Below are positions 61,811 through 64,000 of a stretch of 64,000 nt of DNA, in pieces. The stretch comes from an uncultured Acidobacteriaceae bacterium. GTDB lineage: Bacteria > Acidobacteriota > Terriglobia > Terriglobales > Acidobacteriaceae. Where the stretch lies: positions 5,759 to 69,758 of the forward strand of contig CAVRNL010000015.1 of assembly GCA_963722485.1 (NCBI GenBank). The letters run 5' to 3'. The position numbers were made by a program, and so were the translations under genes. Positions within the stretch are counted from its first letter, which is position 1; each line of letters begins with the position of its first letter. Under the pieces are notes generated by a model. That model searched no databases. It had not been told where the DNA came from and saw only the letters and a program-made list of their open reading frames with translations.

Positions 61811-62449
61811 ATGCAAAAGCGGCTTATGATTATTCTGCTGGCTCTTGTTGTCGGCTTGACCACCTGCAATCGGGGGCAAAAGGCCGCAACGCCTACGCGT
61901 GAAATGAGTGCCGCGGAATACGAGGTGCTTACAGCGTGGATTGATGCCAAGCTGAACAGCAAGGAGCGGGTCGGCAAAATCGCCAAGGTCCTCGTCATAT
62001 TCGATACCACCAAGTCCGGCGACGATGATCTCCTAGGAGATGAGAACGGCCGACCTATACCTTGGGAGAAAACGGCGGAGTCGTTACGCAAGAAAGACCC
62101 TGCTCTTCAGCAAGCAGCACTGGACGCATTCCGAAAGGTGAACACACAGCAAGCATTTCTTCGGCGTTCCCTCCACCCTTCGATTGACTACGAACTCGTA
62201 ACTTCAGCGCAGTTGGAGCCAATTTTCTGCTACCGTTGCGGCTTTTGGCCCGCCTATTACAAGCGATTCCCGGGTTCTCAGGGACTTCTGACATTCTCGG
62301 GCGTAGGATTCAACGCGGATGGCACCCAAGCGTTTTTCTATTTCGGCAACATTTGCGAAGGACTATGTGGAGTGGGTGACTACGTGATCATGGAGAAACG
62401 CGACGGTCGCTGGGCCATTCAGAAGGAAATCAACATGTGGGTTTCGTAA
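61811..62449 (+). CDS. hypothetical lipoprotein
   Basis: MQKRLMIILLALVVGLTTCNRG has a lipobox. The region is lower in GC. Confidence 0.6.
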   Translation: MQKRLMIILLALVVGLTTCNRGQKAATPTREMSAAEYEVLTAWIDAKLNSKERVGKIAKVLVIFDTTKSGDDDLLGDENGRPIPWEKTAESLRKKDPALQQAALDAFRKVNTQQAFLRRSLHPSIDYELVTSAQLEPIFCYRCGFWPAYYKRFPGSQGLLTFSGVGFNADGTQAFFYFGNICEGLCGVGDYVIMEKRDGRWAIQKEINMWVS

Positions 62450-62609
62450 CGCCTGGGTTTCGTAACGCCGGAAGGAATTTTGGCGAGAAATCGCCATTGC
62501 CCCAACAATCGCTGGATAGCACATCTGTGATACGCGAATTGAGTCCGCCATGTCGGAGGTGATGAGCCCCTAAACTTCAACAGCTCCGTCTGTTCTAGAA
62601 TCAAGCTCC

Positions 62610-63182
62610 ATGCTAGTGCTCGCTTCCGCCTCGCCGCGTCGCCAGGAATTGCTGCGCAACGCCGGGATCGCCTTCGAAGTGCAGCCCGCAGACATTCCGG
62701 AAGACCCGCTGCCCGGAGAATCCGCGAAGAACTGCGCTGAACGCCTGGCGCGTGAGAAGGCGCTCGCCGTTGCGCGTCAACGCCCGCATGATTTCGTGCT
62801 CGGCGCCGATACTGTGGTCGTCGTCGACGGCCAAATTCTAGGCAAACCCTGCGATGCCGCCGACGCCGCGCGCATGTTGCGCCTGCTTTCCGGACGCGAG
62901 CATCAGGTGATTACGGGAGTCTGCTTAGTGGTCAGTGGCCAGTCGTCGGTGGCCAGTCAAACTGTGGCCAGCCAAACCACGTCTGTAACGATGTCCGAGA
63001 TTACGGAGAAGGAGATCGCCGACTACGTCGCCAGCGGCGAGCCCATGGACAAAGCGGGAGCCTATGCGATTCAGGGCATCGCGTCCCGCTGGATTCCTCG
63101 CATCGAAGGGGATTACTGCAACGTGGTCGGACTGCCGGTAGCGCTCGTCTGGCGGATGCTGCGGGACGCGGGAGTTGTTTAG
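62610..63182 (+). CDS. maf: Maf-family nucleoside triphosphate pyrophosphatase
   Basis: [20 protein letters not shown], and [10 protein letters not shown]. Confidence 0.9.
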   Translation: MLVLASASPRRQELLRNAGIAFEVQPADIPEDPLPGESAKNCAERLAREKALAVARQRPHDFVLGADTVVVVDGQILGKPCDAADAARMLRLLSGREHQVITGVCLVVSGQSSVASQTVASQTTSVTMSEITEKEIADYVASGEPMDKAGAYAIQGIASRWIPRIEGDYCNVVGLPVALVWRMLRDAGVV

Positions 63183-63239
63183 GGCAGGATTTCCGATTGT
63201 GCTGGCAGTTCGCGGGCGAGGGCGCCCGCGCCACACATG

Positions 63240-63410
63240 CTACTGAGGTTTCTTCTCTTCGCCTTCTTCGCCTTCTTTTATGGCGGTCTTGAAATTCTTG
63301 ATGCCTTCGCCCAATCCCTTGCCCAGACTGGCGAGTTTACTTGGTCCGAACAGGAGCAGCGCAACCGCAAGAATCAGCAGAATTTCAGGCAATCCCAGTT
63401 TTCCCGGCAT
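63240..63410 (-). CDS. tatA: twin-arginine translocase TatA/TatE subunit
   Basis: GGAGG lies before ATG 63410. MPGKLGLPEILLILAVALLLFGPSKL. Confidence 0.9.
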   Translation of the reverse strand: MPGKLGLPEILLILAVALLLFGPSKLASLGKGLGEGIKNFKTAIKEGEEGEEKKPQ

Positions 63411-63546
63411 AATAACCTCCAACGGGGTTGCCCGGCACCCGGCTAGGGCGCAGCATTCTTCTAAGGACCCCAACTGAATTCTAGGTTAGTGTGGACCTTC
63501 AGGTCAAAGGCTCCTGTGTTGCCGGTCACGCGAGTACGTGATTCCG

Positions 63547-64000
63547 TCACACTGCTTCGATCAGGCCGGCCAGGAGCGCGGCGCGGCGGGGCAACTCCGA
63601 GATCAGTATGTGCTCGTGCGGGGCGTGCGCTCCATCGCCTACGGCGCCGAGGCCGTCTAGGGTTGGAATCCCCAGGCTTGCGGTGAAATTCCCGTCGGAG
63701 CCGCCGCCCACCGCGGCTTCGCCGAGCTTCCATCCCAGTTCGCGCGCGATGGCTGCGGCCTGCGCATACAGCGTTGCCACTCCGGCGGTACGTTCCATGG
63801 GCGGGCGATTGATACCTCCAGTGATCTCGATTTTGCATTTGCGATTGAAAGGACGCAGGCTGCGCATCTTCTTATCGATCCCGGCCGCGTCTTTCAGGCG
63901 AGCGATGCGCACATCAATCTGCGCCGCCGCTTCGGCTGGAACTACGTTGGTTCGCGATCCGCCGCTCACGATTCCGACGCTTACTGTCAAGCCCTTCTTT
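63547..64000 (-). CDS. M20-family metallopeptidase (carboxypeptidase G2-like), partial; N-terminus lies outside the window
   Basis: GGSRTNVVPAEA, GGGSDGNF, and HAPHEHI near the C-terminus. The frame is open to the window edge. Confidence 0.7.
   Translation of the reverse strand, partial: KKGLTVSVGIVSGGSRTNVVPAEAAAQIDVRIARLKDAAGIDKKMRSLRPFNRKCKIEITGGINRPPMERTAGVATLYAQAAAIARELGWKLGEAAVGGGSDGNFTASLGIPTLDGLGAVGDGAHAPHEHILISELPRRAALLAGLIEAV

Overview
GC-rich (roughly 60% by eye) bacterial chromosomal window. Gene content and repeat vocabulary look like Acidobacteriota; this is inference, as no search was run. I call about 58 protein-coding genes, mostly housekeeping:
- partial sensor kinase, aroD-aroE fusion
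- exported TldD/PmbA/M28 peptidase operon
- rplU-rpmA, an insert, then obg; rpe; bamD
- an 857-aa response regulator with a long Ala/Glu/Pro-rich tail
- valS, nadC-birA-coaX, an rlmD-like methyltransferase, comEC
- an LPS inner-core/lipid A block on the minus strand (waaA-lpxK-hldA-hldC-GT9 heptosyltransferase)
- gatB, lptD-larE-dsbA-like-surA-like, an RDD protein, vapBC, relA/spoT
- a GloVer-repeat protein, hpnH, maf, tatA, partial M20 peptidase

An accessory patch at 21.4-23.7 kb holds a REP-associated tyrosine transposase (RAYT), a direct-repeat-flanked low-GC cassette and a decayed IS66. I saw no rRNA, complete tRNA, CRISPR array or prophage.

The unusual content is mostly non-coding:
1. 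A tmRNA-like tRNA domain sits between rpmA and obg, with its 3' half encoded before its 5' half (permuted order).
2. A REP family with a GTGCCCCA head lies next to the RAYT. It is also inserted in-frame in valS and an rlmD-like gene, and possibly in the 5' end of the GloVer gene.
3. Several unrelated families of long hairpins have arms that are tandem 7-8-nt units. Nearly all abut stop codons; one lies in-frame inside comEC.
4. 15-bp tandem repeats recur inside coding regions.
5. An outer-membrane barrel gene is frameshifted, and a GvpL/GvpF homolog stands alone.

All family assignments rest on motifs I recognised by eye, not on database hits.
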